Below, piece after piece: positions 38,848-51,688 of a stretch of 64,000 nucleotides of DNA. The notes under the pieces are model-generated. The model had not been told where the DNA came from. It saw only the letters and a list, made by a program, of their open reading frames with translations, and did not search any database. Positions within the stretch are counted from its first letter, which is position 1, and the number at the start of each line of letters is the position of its first letter. The position numbers were made by a program, and so were the translations under genes. Origin of the DNA: Camelus ferus (lineage: Eukaryota); contig NC_045697.1 of the NCBI RefSeq assembly GCF_009834535.1, forward strand, positions 79,238,001 through 79,302,000. The letters run 5' to 3'.

Positions 38848-40069
38848 TGGTGAGGCTGGATGCAGTCTGAACGCAGAGCTGTCCCTCGGCAGATGGTTTC
38901 AGAGAAGCTCTAGCTTGCGGGTTGGGCCGCCACCACCACCGATGTCGTCACCCGCATGTTCTCCAAGAGAAAGGCATTAGTACAGGGTCACTTAAGGCGA
39001 CAGGGCCAGCCAGCAGACTCGAACATGAACACTGTGGTTTTTATCCTTTTCCCTCCTCCTCTCAGCCCCATCCTTTTCCCTCAGAAGTTGTCCTAGTCAG
39101 CATGGGTGACTAGCCCAAGCAACTCCCCTGAGACGAGATAGAGAAGGAACTGAAATCTAAACAGAGATACATTTTTAAAACGTATTTCAGATGCATCTTA
39201 CATTTCAGGACTTCCCACGCTGTGGCATGATCTGTAGGAAAAGGGTGGTACAAAGAGGCAAAAATGTTGTGTAAAATACAGATTTTTCTCCATCATCATG
39301 AAGAAATTTTGAAAATATTTAAAGCTTTTCAGTGCCAAAACATAAAGAAATTCTCTGAAACCAGAAGTCACATTTCTCTTCTCATTTAACTACTCCTTTG
39401 ATTCCTGAGCTTGACACTCATGGACAGAGTGTCCAAATAATTTATCAGTCACGCTGGACTACTTCTGAAAGTGAAGAAGAGTGCTGTTGATAAGTACACT
39501 ATGACTACATAAGACTGCCCTAAGCAAACAGAACTGAATAGTCATCCTATTTGTGACTATTTAGAAATATCATTTCAGAAGTTTTCTCTACATATATATT
39601 GGAAATGTTTTCAGAGGTCAAAATTATGTCAATGGTGGTAGGAGGAGATTGTGACCACGTAGGTCTCCAACCCCGTGGTTGTGCCTTTGTTGGGGCGGTG
39701 TTGTCATACAGTGGGTGGACAGGAGTTCTGGGTTGCTGAATGGGGTGGTGGATGAGAGTGGGGCAGTGTTTTCAGTGTGATATTTGTAAGTCATCCTTAG
39801 TCGTCAGTTCAGATCATTCACTGGCATGGCCCATGCATTAGCCTCTCAATGCCAAGCAGTCCTTCCCCATTGGGAGACTTTTTTACGTTTGTCCAGTTGG
39901 TGGCAAGGACATAAAAAGGCATTAGGAACCAAGACAGATTTACATTTCCTTCCTTCTCTTCTTTTTCTACTCTTTCTGTCACACCTCTTTTGTCCTATTT
40001 AGCATGTCTCATGTAAACATAAGACTGATCCTTCTTTTAATATCATTGTGTGTTTTACAGAAGTGGTAA

Positions 40070-40722
40070 GACATGATGCCTGTCTTCAGGGAACTGGCAG
40101 TCCACAGCACAATGAGAGGGCAGATGTGGCTAGAGAGCAGTGGCGTGAACACTGAAAGGAGCAGGCACCTGTGGGTTTGAGAGCACTTACAAGGGGCATC
40201 TCAATTCACTGGGAGATCATGGCAGGCTGATGAGAAGTGGCAGAGTTTGCATCGAATGCTGAAATGAAGTCAGTGGGCCTGAACTTGGCCATGAAGCAAT
40301 GGAGGGAGGGCAGTGCAAACAGGGAGGACAGGATGTGCAAAAGGAGCAAAGAATTTTGTGTAGAGCAATGGCCTGGTCCATCTTGTTTTTAGCAAACTGG
40401 GGATCAACAATGCAGAAGATGAAGTGGATGGGGCAAGATAGGAAACAATGATTCAAACAAGAATTACTGATAATTAAAAGGAGAAGATTCATCTTAGGAT
40501 TCACAGAATTTGATAACTAGTTAGATTCGGTGAGGACGAGGGAGAAAAACTTCTGGGTTTCCGACTTGGGTGACTCAGTGAATGGTAGTAGCATTTATCA
40601 AAATAGAACATAGAGAGAGAAACACATATATAGAGAAAAGGTGATGAGTTCAGTTTTAGATGTGTTGAGTCTGAGATGTCTGCAAACCAAGCACCTAGAG
40701 ATTTATAGCTGGCAGTCATACA
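40070..40722 (-). mobile_element. L2 LINE fragment
   Basis: Antisense L2: gatgagttcagttttagatgtgttgagtctgagatgtctg, with purine-rich flanks. Confidence 0.6.
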
Positions 40723-40724
40723 TA

Positions 40725-41047
40725 CAGGTCTGTGACCCCTTATTCACAGACGTAGGGGTCACATGTGCTTCAGAATTCAGGATTTTTTCAAATATTAGAA
40801 AGAGTAGTGTGGTGCATATACTATCTGTTTATTAGCACTCCAGCGGAAGCTGGGGGCAGCATCTACAATCAAAGATTAAAATTTTTAGAGCAAAACTCTG
40901 ACTAATCTCACCAAGCAGGATAAACAAGATTATAAATAGCCTTTAGTCAATTCAAGTCTGGTTTGGGTGTCAAGCTTAAGAAAAAACCTTCTAGTTTCCA
41001 GAGCTTTTGGGGTTTCCTAAGTTTGGGTAGGAGACTGTTGACAACTA
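40725..41047. mobile_element. TcMar-Tigger non-autonomous element (MER46C-like)
   Basis: Starts TA-cagg and ends ...cta-TA. Internal atgtgcttcagaattcaggattttttca and gattataaatagcct resemble MER46C as I recall it. Confidence 0.6.
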
Positions 41048-41562
41048 TAATTAGGTTTGGTGTCCATTAGGAGATTAACTGTATCTCCTACTGTGAAACA
41101 AGGCCATTTCATAATAAATTGATGTGGGGTTTTTATATTCATTGTCTATATTCAAATGTAGTCCACAGTGAAAGTCAGAGGTGAGGTGATGTCTTAGAGA
41201 AGTAAATAAGAATTTGTACAAATTGATTCTCTGCATTACCAGCTGCCACAAGCCCCAAATGCCATTCCACCTCAGTCCCTTTCTCATTTTACAGGGAGAA
41301 TATTTCCTTCATTCCTTTCTCTGATTCTTCATGCAGAGATAGTCACTGAAGTGCTTTACTTCCTGCTAAAAACCTTCCTTAATGCCTGACTACCCCAATT
41401 TACCTGTAGGGCAAAGTAGTGCAGGGCCACCCCTGACAGATAGCTTTTTGCTCTCAGACCAGCCAGCAAGAGGTAGGGGGGAAAAAAGTTTGCCACTGAG
41501 GTGCTTCATCATAACATTGGTAACTCAACAGCCTTTTCTTTGACTGCAATTTCCTTACCTGA

Positions 41563-41790
<228 letters not shown>

Positions 41791-42859
41791 TAAGTGGTCT
41801 AATAGATTAAATTTCTCTGAAGCATAGACAGCCATTACCTTTATGGCCAGCTCTGCCAGACTGAGTAATGTGGGGGGAAAAGCTTTTAGGAAAGCTCCGC
41901 TTGCCCGTAAGACCCTCTGTTGGAAAACCAAATCAAGCAAAAGTGAAGAAGGGTGGTCAGTGGGCCCAATGAGAACCTGTCATGCTGAAATATTTGCATA
42001 TCTTTGGTGGGCCAGAAGCAGTAGTTTTGATTCCACCCTGCCTTATAGCATTTTTCTTTTGACATGCTACTTTCTTAAAGTGAGGCAGATTAAAAAAATT
42101 AATTCACCACTATTACATCAATGTGACTCTCTGTCTAAGTTATTGGAGTCTGACATGTCCCTTCCCTGAGCCCTGCCTAGAATCCTGTTTGTTCCTTTAT
42201 CTCACTGTGATTCAGGCTGCTTAGAAAGTATCAAGTCAAAGTCATTGACATGAGTTGGCTTATTCCTCAACTCTTGTATTGGAAATTAATCGAATGGGTA
42301 CCTCCACTCCAGATAGGAGAGAGCCTCAAGAATAACACATGAACTCAGATCTGAGCTCAGATTTCAGGCTTAAGTTCTGGGGGTGCTACTAGGAGTGCCA
42401 TTTTCCTTTTTGGTAGCATTCCCCCCCCCCACGTTCTCTTAGATGATTAGCAAAGAAGAGAGTCTATCAGCTTGTGTTTTTTTTTCTCATCTAAAATATA
42501 TACATTTGTCTGGAGACCAGGCATTACAAGCAATCACAGTATCCTAAGAATTTTCTTTTATCAGTTTACATGGGAATGTGTTTTGGGATCATCCCCAAAA
42601 TAAACATATAGACTTAGTCTTTGTCTATCAAAACAAAAATCCAGGGAAGACCACCTGATCTATGCACACATAACAGCATCATTGGAGACTTAATAGAAAC
42701 AGTAACCACCACCCCTCCTTCCCCACCAACCCTGCAAGAAAATAAGCAGACTGGGTTAAGCAGACTAAGGACAACAGGCAAAGAAGAAAAACAAATCCAG
42801 TGGTGAGCCAGGGGTTTTAAATAAGTGTGCTTATTATTAGTGGAGAGTGGAATGGACCA

Positions 42860-43050
42860 AAAACTATAATGTGTATAACACGCTAGGGTTTACAGAATGC
42901 TTGCACATGCGGCATCTCATTTAATTCTCAAAATAGTGCTCCAGTGATTATTACTGTTATCATCCCCATTTTGCAGGTGAGGAAATTAAGGTGCAGGGAG
43001 ATTAACTCGCCCAGGGCAACAGACAAGTGAGTGACAGGGCTGTGACTCAT
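42860..43050 (-). mobile_element. MIR SINE
   Basis: atctcatttaattctca...catccccattttgcaggtgaggaaattaagg. Confidence 0.75.
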
Positions 43051-43171
43051 GCCCTTTCCTCCATCCCATTCCAGTCTCTCCCCCAGGAAGCCCCCGGGGC
43101 TGACCTTGAAAGCACAGGGAGAAGCTGTGAGACTTGCTCACTCCAACGTGAGCGGTAGGCTTCCACTAGAG

Positions 43172-43346
43172 CTTTAATGTTCTACATCTCAGTACGTTAG
43201 GCCCTGGCCACATGTGGCTCTTGAGGACCTGAAATGTGACCAGAATGATTGAAGAACTGAATTTTTAGTTTTATCTAATTTTTAAAATGAACTTCTGTAC
43301 AAAGAGCCACATGTGACTAGGGCTACTATTTTATTGGACAGTGCAG
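43172..43346. mobile_element. hAT-Charlie MITE (MER3-like)
   Basis: Internal inverted gccacatgtggct...agccacatgtgactag, and terminus attggacagtgcag. Confidence 0.7.
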
Positions 43347-43354
43347 CTCTAAAA

Positions 43355-43540
43355 CAGTGGTGCTTAAGTCAGCTCTCCCAACAACAGCACTGGCACTACC
43401 TGGAAACTTGTTGGAAATTCAGATTCCTAAGCCCTACGCTAGTTTTACCAGATCAAGAACTCTGAGGCTGAGGGTCTAGGAGTCAGCATTACGCAGCCCT
43501 CCAGACAATTCTGATGCGTGTTAGAGTTTGAGAACCACTG
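43355..43540. mobile_element. hAT-Charlie MITE (MER5A-like)
   Basis: TIRs cagtggt...accactg. 8-bp TSD ctctaaaa (43347-43354) / ctgtaaaa (43541-43548). Length 186 bp. Confidence 0.85.
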
Positions 43541-46500
43541 CTGTAAAAGAGGAGGGTGAGATTGATGGGGAAAGGCAGAGAGCATGAACAAGGGTAGGAG
43601 TGGAGAAGTGCTTGGAAAGCCCTGTGATGTTCGGCCAGTGGCATGTAAGAACTTTATATAGCGTCCAAGGAAGATGAGAGCAGGATAGCTTCACAGAGGG
43701 GGTGACCTCTGCTTTGACCTTTGGGGCTTAGAAAGTTCCTCTGAATTTCCAACGCAGGCTGAGATACGGAGATGCAGCCCATCCCTATAACCAGAGTTTT
43801 ACTCCTTTGATTCCACCCCCTAATCACCAGATCCCCTTCACTGCATTCAAAGACGATAGTGATACTGGCTGAAAAGGTGAAAATGGTGTTTTAAAAACTC
43901 CAAGTCTTGCTGTGTTTGGGAGTTAATGTGAGTTGAGAGACAAACTGTTCATAGTTTGTTAGACTGTTTCAGGAGGCCATTCATTGTTCCTTCTATAATG
44001 CACAGGAGTCACAATTAGGGGGAAATAGAGGCACAGAGAATTTAAGAAATTTGTGCCCAGCTCCCAAGATTACTCAGCTCTAAGAATCCATCCATTAGAC
44101 TGCTTTAAGCCCCTAATGTGTTTAACCTGGGAGCTTTTTGAACTCTGGGCATCATTTTCTTTAGCTTACCCAGCAAGCTATAAATTAAGCAACCACACCT
44201 CCTAAAGACTCTTAGAATGCTTTCCTATTGTGTCAGACCCCAAGTGCACAATTGCTAAACCACTCTGTTTTGTAAACACGGAGAACCATAGTGCCCTGTG
44301 AACTCATGTTCCTTGTAATACCTTAGCTTGTCCAAAGTACCTTGAGGAAATTCCATGATTTGTTTTTGTCCCATTATACACTGGTTTCAATATTATACTT
44401 TCCTGAAGCTGAATGGCCATGTTTTAATCATCAACTGTGAGATTCTGTTCCCACATAAAAAATAGTTAAAGGCTGCTGAGTTTGTCTTTTCCCTTATCTC
44501 TTCTTACAGTTTTTTTTCATGGACCTAAATTTCTATGATTTGTTTTATCTTGAAATGAATCCTTCCCATAAAAAGTTTCCCCTCCATTTAAAAAATTATC
44601 ATTGCACTTGGAGTGTAAACACTGTCTTTAAGTAAATTCCACTATTAGAGCAAAGTTAAGCATAGAATTGTGCTGAGTGCCTGATTTGGTAAAAATTAAG
44701 AGTCATTTTTAATTACTCTCTTAGGCTTAACCAAGAAAAATCATCTGTGCTTTGTGCTTTGCTTTCTGTTCTCCACAGCCTCCCCCGTTTCCTCCCTCTC
44801 CACTCCTCCCCTCTCCTCCTTCCCCATCCCCCCCAACACTCCCCACCCCCGATCTTTTCTCCTTTGGTGTGTGGCCACAGACAGAAATTTATGGCAGGGG
44901 CCAACCTCCTTTACATTCCACACAAAGCTTGCTGACTTGAGAGAGTTTGTCCGCTCTCTCCCAGAAAAAACACCTGCAGTACGCTCCCCAAGAAACCTGG
45001 AGAGATGGGAGATTAATGTGGCTGTAATAGCTGGGCAGTGTTTTTGGTATTATGCCCTCTCCCCAGGTAGATGGGTCTTTTCCGAGATGATACCAATTAT
45101 TTATTGCTGAAACATCTGTTGATAACTGCAGCTGCCCTTGCGAAACAAAGCATATCACAGGGTCACAGGCTACAAGGACCTAAAATCCAACCTCATGCTA
45201 GTTTTAGACTATTCAGTAACACCCCCAAGTCCATGGGTTACCATCATCTTTAATGTCTCATCATGCCATAGAAAATACTTTATAAACACTGCCCTGCCCT
45301 GCCCTACAAGCTTTGAAGTATTATTTCATCTTCATCGGTAATTTATATTCCAGCGCCATTGTACTGTGGGAAAAAGAGGGGGAATGTGTTTTGTTTTCCA
45401 TTTAATTGTATATCGCCTGACACTGTGACCTGTATTATTAGTATTAGTCAGAAAAAGGATTTTCTCCCTCTCTTATTTAAAAATAAAATTTCAAGGGAAA
45501 GTAAGTGCTCCTTCACCTCCTTTCACTCAAAACAATGTTTACACTCTGAGAGGGAAGGATGAAAAGCGCAAGCAATTTTTTTCAAGTGTCGGAGAAGGGC
45601 ATTTCAGTTTTTGAAAGAGAACAGTAAGGCCCTTATAAATATCATTCAGCAAAACCTTTGATGGATTTTTTCAAAAAGTATTGAAGGCATTTAGCGTTAG
45701 CTTCTGTTTAGCGTGGTTTGAGGCAGGCACAGTAGGGTTCTAACGAGTCAAACCATCCTCACTTGTGGGATGCCAGGGAATGTAGGCACCGGCCTCAATG
45801 TGATTGCCAACTTCTGTGATTTCTTCAGTAACTTTCCCACTTCTGAAAAGGACAGTTGCTACATGATTAAAAGAAAATACGAAAAGAGGACTTTTGAAAG
45901 GGAGATAAAGAGCATGTTTGGATTTGCATGTCAGTAGCAGTTGCGAGCAGACTGGGTTGCAAGGCCAAGAATGGTTTCATAGACCCTGGTTTTGAGCATT
46001 CCCTGCAGATTTGGGGGTCCTGATGCTGGGGTGGACTGGCCACTCCCCAGCCCACAACATTTCTGTCGGGGGTAGGGAACCAGAATTTAGTGTAGTGCCT
46101 CCGTAAGGAGATACATTGTACTCTTTACAGTGTGGCTAACTGCAGTACATGGAGATGAAGCAGGCTCAGAATGAGGGTATTTTTTCCATTTCCTTTTAAA
46201 CTTTTACAACCATGAAAATGGGTAACCTGATAAACTTTATTCAACAAACCTTTTTTGGAAATATCTGTGCTACCTTGCAGTGGTTTGAAGAGAGACCAAA
46301 AATAAATCAATAGTTGATTTCTTAGGCTAATACGGTTTAAAAAGCATTTGTGGATGAATAGAGTTGGATAAATTTAGCTTTCAGACTATTTTTTCTAATA
46401 TGTCTCTTTAGATAATCTAGGTGCCTTTAACTTGTTGATATTTTTATTTTTGAACTACCTGAATGTTAAAAAGTCAAGAATTAAAACATAAATAAACATG

Positions 46501-46663
46501 AATAAATATATAAGAATTGCTCATTATAAGATTACAGGGCTTTTTTAAATGTCTAGTATGAGTGACCTGGGAACAGAGAGGTAGAAAGGGTCTTTAGCAA
46601 AAGATAAAGTGTGAATTTATTAGGAAATGAGATTTCAAGTTGAAGAAAGATACTGTGTATGAG

Positions 46664-47451
46664 CACCAGTCAGAATAGCCATCATTAAAATGTTCACAGA
46701 CAAAAAATGCCAGAGAGGGTGTGGAGAAAAAGGAATCCTTCTACAACATTGGTGGGAATGTAAATTGGTGCAGCCACTAGGGAGGTTCCTTAAAAAACTA
46801 AAAATAGAGTTACCATATGATCAAGCAATCCCACTCCCAAGCATATAGCTAAAGAAAATTCTAATTTGAAAAGATACATGCACCCTAATGTCCATAGCAG
46901 CACCATTTACAATAGCCAAGACATGGAAGCAACCTAATTGTCCATCGGTAGATGATTGGGTAAAGAAGATGTGGTATATATGCATACACAATGGAATACT
47001 ACTTAGGCATAAAAAAGAATGAAATAATGCTATCTGCATCAACTTCGATGGACCTAGAGATTATCATACTAAGTAAAATAAGTCATTCAGAGAAAGATAA
47101 ATATCATATGATATCACTTATATGTGGAATCTAAAAAAAATGACACAAATGAACATTTATTTATGAAACAGAAACAGCCTCATAGACATAGAGAACAAAC
47201 TTATCATTACCAAAGGAGAAGGAGGGGGAGCAATAAATTAGGAGTTTGGGATTTACAGACACAAACTACTATATATAAAGTAGATAAACAACAAGGTCCT
47301 ACTGTATAGCACAAGGAACTATATTCAGTAGCTTGTAATAACCTATAATAAAAATGAATATGAAAAAAAATACATATATATAGCTGAATCACTATGCTGT
47401 ACACCAGAAACTAACACAGCCTAGTAAATCAACTACTTCAATTAAAAAAGA
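46664..47451 (+). mobile_element. 5'-truncated L1 (ORF2 C-terminus plus 3'UTR)
   Basis: Degenerate ORF2 cysteine-rich end (gagggtgtggagaaaaaggaa...ggtgggaatgtaaattggtgcagcc), 3'UTR and A tail. TSD aaagatactgtgtatgag (46646-46663) / aaagatacagtgtgtgag (47452-47469). Confidence 0.9.
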
Positions 47452-47959
47452 AAAGATACAGTGTGTGAGGACTAGATAAGAGGTTGAGATGCTATCCTGG
47501 GAACAATAAAATTTCCTCCATGAATAGGCTCTAGGCAAAAAGATGTCCTTAAAAACTAATTTAAAAACAATATATCTCAGGTACCAGTTTTCATATTAGT
47601 AATAGAGAATTTAAAAGCAGTAAAACATGCTTTTGAAATTATGATTTGTTCAGCAACTGATTTTCTCAAATGAGGTTTTCATCTTTAACTATGTGCTTTA
47701 GGGCTTTAATAACTGAAATCTTTTTTGTCAGGATACAAAAGCAAAGTGAATGCAAACTGTATATTTATTCATTCATTCAGCAAAACTTTACTGAATGTTA
47801 GCATGTGCCAGGCATTTTATATAGAGCACTGAGAAAAATGCAAAAGAAATAGAAGACCTAGTTCCTGTTTTGGAAAAATTACCAAAGTGAAGAGATAGGG
47901 CAACCCTTTGTCAAAAACCTGCTTGTTGGAATGGTTCCTCCCATTTATTGACCAGCTAA

Positions 47960-48290
47960 TATGTGGCAGGTACTCAATACATATTCTTCTTATTCCTATA
48001 GACTTGACCATATGACCTGACTTACCAGTGAAACGTGATTAGAAGTGACATACGTCAGTCCCAAGCAGAAGCTTTATAAACCATTGTGTAGTTCAGCAAT
48101 TGAAAACATCCCCAAATGAAACTTTCCTTTGCCTCATGAACAAGAAAGGGGCTTTCCTCAGCCTGGATCCTAGAAAGGGCAATGTACCTGGAGCAGAGTT
48201 TCAGAGTTGAAGCCAAACAGTACCCAATGTGAAATATGAACAACAAAAACTTTGTTGTTAAAGGCATTAAAATTTGAGGGTTATCACAGT
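47960..48290 (+). mobile_element. Old MaLR LTR fragment (MLT1J-like)
   Basis: ccatatgacc...gaagtgacat...gcagaagcttta...ctttgttgttaaaggcattaaaatttgaggg. Confidence 0.5.
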
Positions 48291-48299
48291 TTTACCAAA

Positions 48300-48735
48300 T
48301 GTTGTGGGTTGACTTGTCCTCCACCAAAATATATTGGAGTCCTAATCCTCAGTGCCTCAGAATATGACTTTATTTGAAGATAGGGACATTGCAGAGGTAA
48401 TTAGTTAAGATGAGGTCATTCTGGAGTAGGGTGAGCCCTTAATCCAGTCTGACGGGTGTCCTTATAAGAAGGTGGCCATGTGAAGACAAAGGCACAGGGA
48501 GAATGCCATGTCATGACAGAGGCAGAGACGAATTATGCAGCTATAGGACAAGGAATGCAAAGATTTCTGACAATACCAGAAGCTAAGAGAAAGGCACGGA
48601 ACCTTAGAGAGAGCATGACTCTGTGACACTTTGATTTCAGACTTCCAGCTTCCAGAACTTTGAAACAATACATCTCTATGTTTTAAGCCACTCATTTGTG
48701 GTACTTTGCGTGGCTGCCATAGGAAACTAACATAC
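48300..48735 (+). mobile_element. MaLR solo LTR (MLT1B/C-like)
   Basis: tgttgtgggttga...gaggtaattagttaagatgaggtcat...gtgtccttataagaag...gacttccagcttccagaact...aggaaactaacatac. Confidence 0.85.
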
Positions 48736-49019
48736 CGAGTGGAAGCTGTTTATGCACACGTGGAAGATGATGAAGCAAGAAAGCTCTCAAATCACTTCAA
48801 GATTCTTAGCATGTGGTCCTATGCCCCTATAGGGAAGAAGGCAAAGTCAAGAGCAGAATTTGTTCAAAAGAACATTTTAACGAAAATCGTTTCTACAAGG
48901 AAAAAAAAAGTAGGTTCTAGTACCTACTGTGCTATTTCATCTCTAAATATGATTGGAGAAGATAGACTGGAGAAAGCATCATTCTTCCTACTTCATTCCG
49001 TTTTGACCTATGGTACAAC

Positions 49020-49870
49020 AGTCCACTAAACATCTCCATTTGGATGTCCCAGATATGTCAAGTCCAGTAGGTCCAAACCTTAACTCATCTCCCAACTCCT
49101 TCTCCCTCCACCAATCAGATTTTGTCCTCCAGTGATTACAGTCTCATTAAATGGTACCATGGACCACCCCGTTACACAAATCAATACCTAGGAATCATCT
49201 TTATCTTCCTTTTTGACCCTTGTATCTCATTGGTTATCAAACCCTACTAATTTTCTTCTTAAATGTTGCTTGTATGCATTTTCCTTTCTTCAACCCTATT
49301 GCAACTATACTGGTTCAGACCCTATCATCTCTTTCCTGGAGTATGTCCAACTCTTCACCCTATCTCTAGTCATGTCCCCAGTATCAGTAAGGATAGTAAG
49401 GTTATGCTGTGGAAAAAAATCCAAACAAACTAAAAAATCTTAGGGATTTAAAGCAATTAAGATCCGTTCCTTCCTATTGCTACATGTCCATCTGATGGGG
49501 TGTAGAGGGAGAAATCTCAGCTTTTTGTCACTCTCTCAGGGACCCAGCTTGATGGAATACTTACCATTTAGAATTTTGCTGGTTGCCAGGCAGGGGGAAG
49601 GGGAAATTGGAACTTGCTCAGTGGCTCTTAAATACCTTCGCACAGAGGTGACCATTGGTCTAGAGAAGCCATGTAGTCACACCTCACTTCAAGGATCCAG
49701 GGAAACACGGTTGTACCATGTGCTCTGAAGGAGGAGCCCCAGAAATAGATCGGTGACTAGTACCCATTACTGCCATGGCTCCCCAGGCTTTTTCCATATT
49801 GCAACCAAAGTTATCTTTCTGAAATAGCGATCTGACGTTTTTTCTTGCTTAAATCTTTGTGGTGAGGGTG
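49020..49870 (+). mobile_element. L2 fragment interrupted by an antisense old MaLR LTR (~49381-49775, MLT1K/L-like)
   Basis: L2 words (catctccatttggatgtcc; atctctttcctggagtat) flank gtatcagtaaggatag...ggttatgctgtg...cagggacccagcttgatgga. Confidence 0.55.
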
Positions 49871-50418
49871 GGGGAATTGCAGTATAAACCAATAACATGT
49901 ATATTTTACAAAAATACCTAATACTAATCCTGAACAATAAAATCCAAATAAATTTGGATGAACGTTTTTACTTAAGTGGTGGGATTAGTAGTTACTTTTA
50001 TTCTTTATATTTCCTTGATTCCACAATAAGCATCTCTTAGCATTATAAAAGAAAGGGGATTGAGAGAAAGAGAAGAGCATCTGTTGTCCAGTGGTCCTTA
50101 AATCTAAATAGGGTCAAATGTTCAAAAACCTAAGTGAGGATAGCTGGGTTATGCTGCACCACTTCTCTGAGACTAAGGACAAATACTGAACTGCCCATTT
50201 TCTAATGGAGAAGCTAAAGCTATTAATTAAATAGACCATGCTCAGACCATGCATCTTTTCACTGATAAACTGAGGATTCGAAATGCAGTCTTCTTGTTTT
50301 GGAATCTTTTCTTTTCCCAGTTGCTGGTCTCCTATAAGTCAAGTATTATTTTCCTGTTAAGTTTTTGGAGGTCATTTTAACACACACATGTGCACACACA
50401 CCTATGGAATATACATTC

Positions 50419-50447
50419 ATATATATATATACATATATATATATATA
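50419..50447. repeat. (TA)n microsatellite
   Basis: Interrupted AT dinucleotide run, read directly. Confidence 0.85.
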
Positions 50448-51637
50448 AAATTGATATTCATGGACAGAAGTTATTTCTTTATCAAATGATAGAATACCAA
50501 AGCTGGAGGGAAATTTAGAGATCATCTATGTCAAGCCCATCATTTGATAGATGGGGAAACTGAAACGCAGGGAAAGTAAGAAGTGTCTTGCTGTGCATCA
50601 CACAGCCAGTCTGTGGGAGCGGCAGGACCACAGCACCCAGGTATCCTAACCTGAGCCTGGCATGTCCTCCCTGTCTACACATGTCCGTCCTTCACACCGG
50701 GCTGTTGGAGGACTGGGGCAGCCTTTGCCTGGTGCATTCCTATCCTCTCTGCTGCCCTGTAACTGCCCTCTGCCCTCTCTGTTAATGTGATTTGACTTTT
50801 TTACTCAGAGCGCAATTAAGACAGAAATGTTGTAATTTCCAATCATCAATATTTAAAACTTTAGTTTCCTCTACTAAACGTTATAGTTCTTATTTTGAAA
50901 ATAAACCAGACAAAAGGTTCAGATCCACCAAAAATAAATTTCATTTAATAAGTGAAAATTAGGCACCAAGAGAATGGAGCCTTCGGAGGATAAATATTAG
51001 CCCCAAGGCCTATGTGTGTTCAGACTTTAAGAGAGTATGATTAAAATCACCAAGGATTTAAACCCTGCTCTAAAACTGTGCCAAAAAGCTACCCCTTTCA
51101 ATACAGTACTTTCCAGTTTCAATGGAAGATAAATTAAAATGGTGACTTGTCATTAAAATTCTACCAGTGAAACTTTGGTTGCCACAGAATCAGGCATGAG
51201 AGTTATCCCTTTGATGAGGACTAACCCTATGGCATGGATTTCATGTCTCCCATAATGAGACCTAGAAGCTGAGCCAAGTCTTGGAGGAACTGATCCAACT
51301 AAGACAAGTGGGCAGAGCAAATCAGCTCGAAATGCAGAAAGTGAACAGGTTGAGGTGTTGGGCAGACAGGAGACAGAGATGACTTTCAGAAAAGATCAGT
51401 CCTGGGGATGTGTTTATTCAGTTCTGTCAGGAAGTAAGAGTAACAGCACCTCTCACACCTTGTATGTTAAGTAAATAAGGAGCTTGAACAGTATTCTCTC
51501 TAAATATCTATCTCCACGTATCTGACGCTGTGAATATAAACAGTTGAACCACAGTGTTGTGTTTGTATGTCAAACAACACCAAATACTGGCATTTCATGT
51601 GAGTCAGTAGGATATGTCCTTCACAGCGTATAATCTT

Positions 51638-51688
51638 TTTTTAAAAATTCTTATTTTTTATTGAAGTATAGTTGATTTACAATGTTAG
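51638..51688 (-). mobile_element. Extremely truncated L1 3' end (~51 bp), inserted in a MIR
   Basis: T-rich tail followed by ttattgaagtatagttgatttacaatgtt. TSD cacagcgtataatctt (51622-51637) / cacaacatataatctt (51689-51704). Confidence 0.8.
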
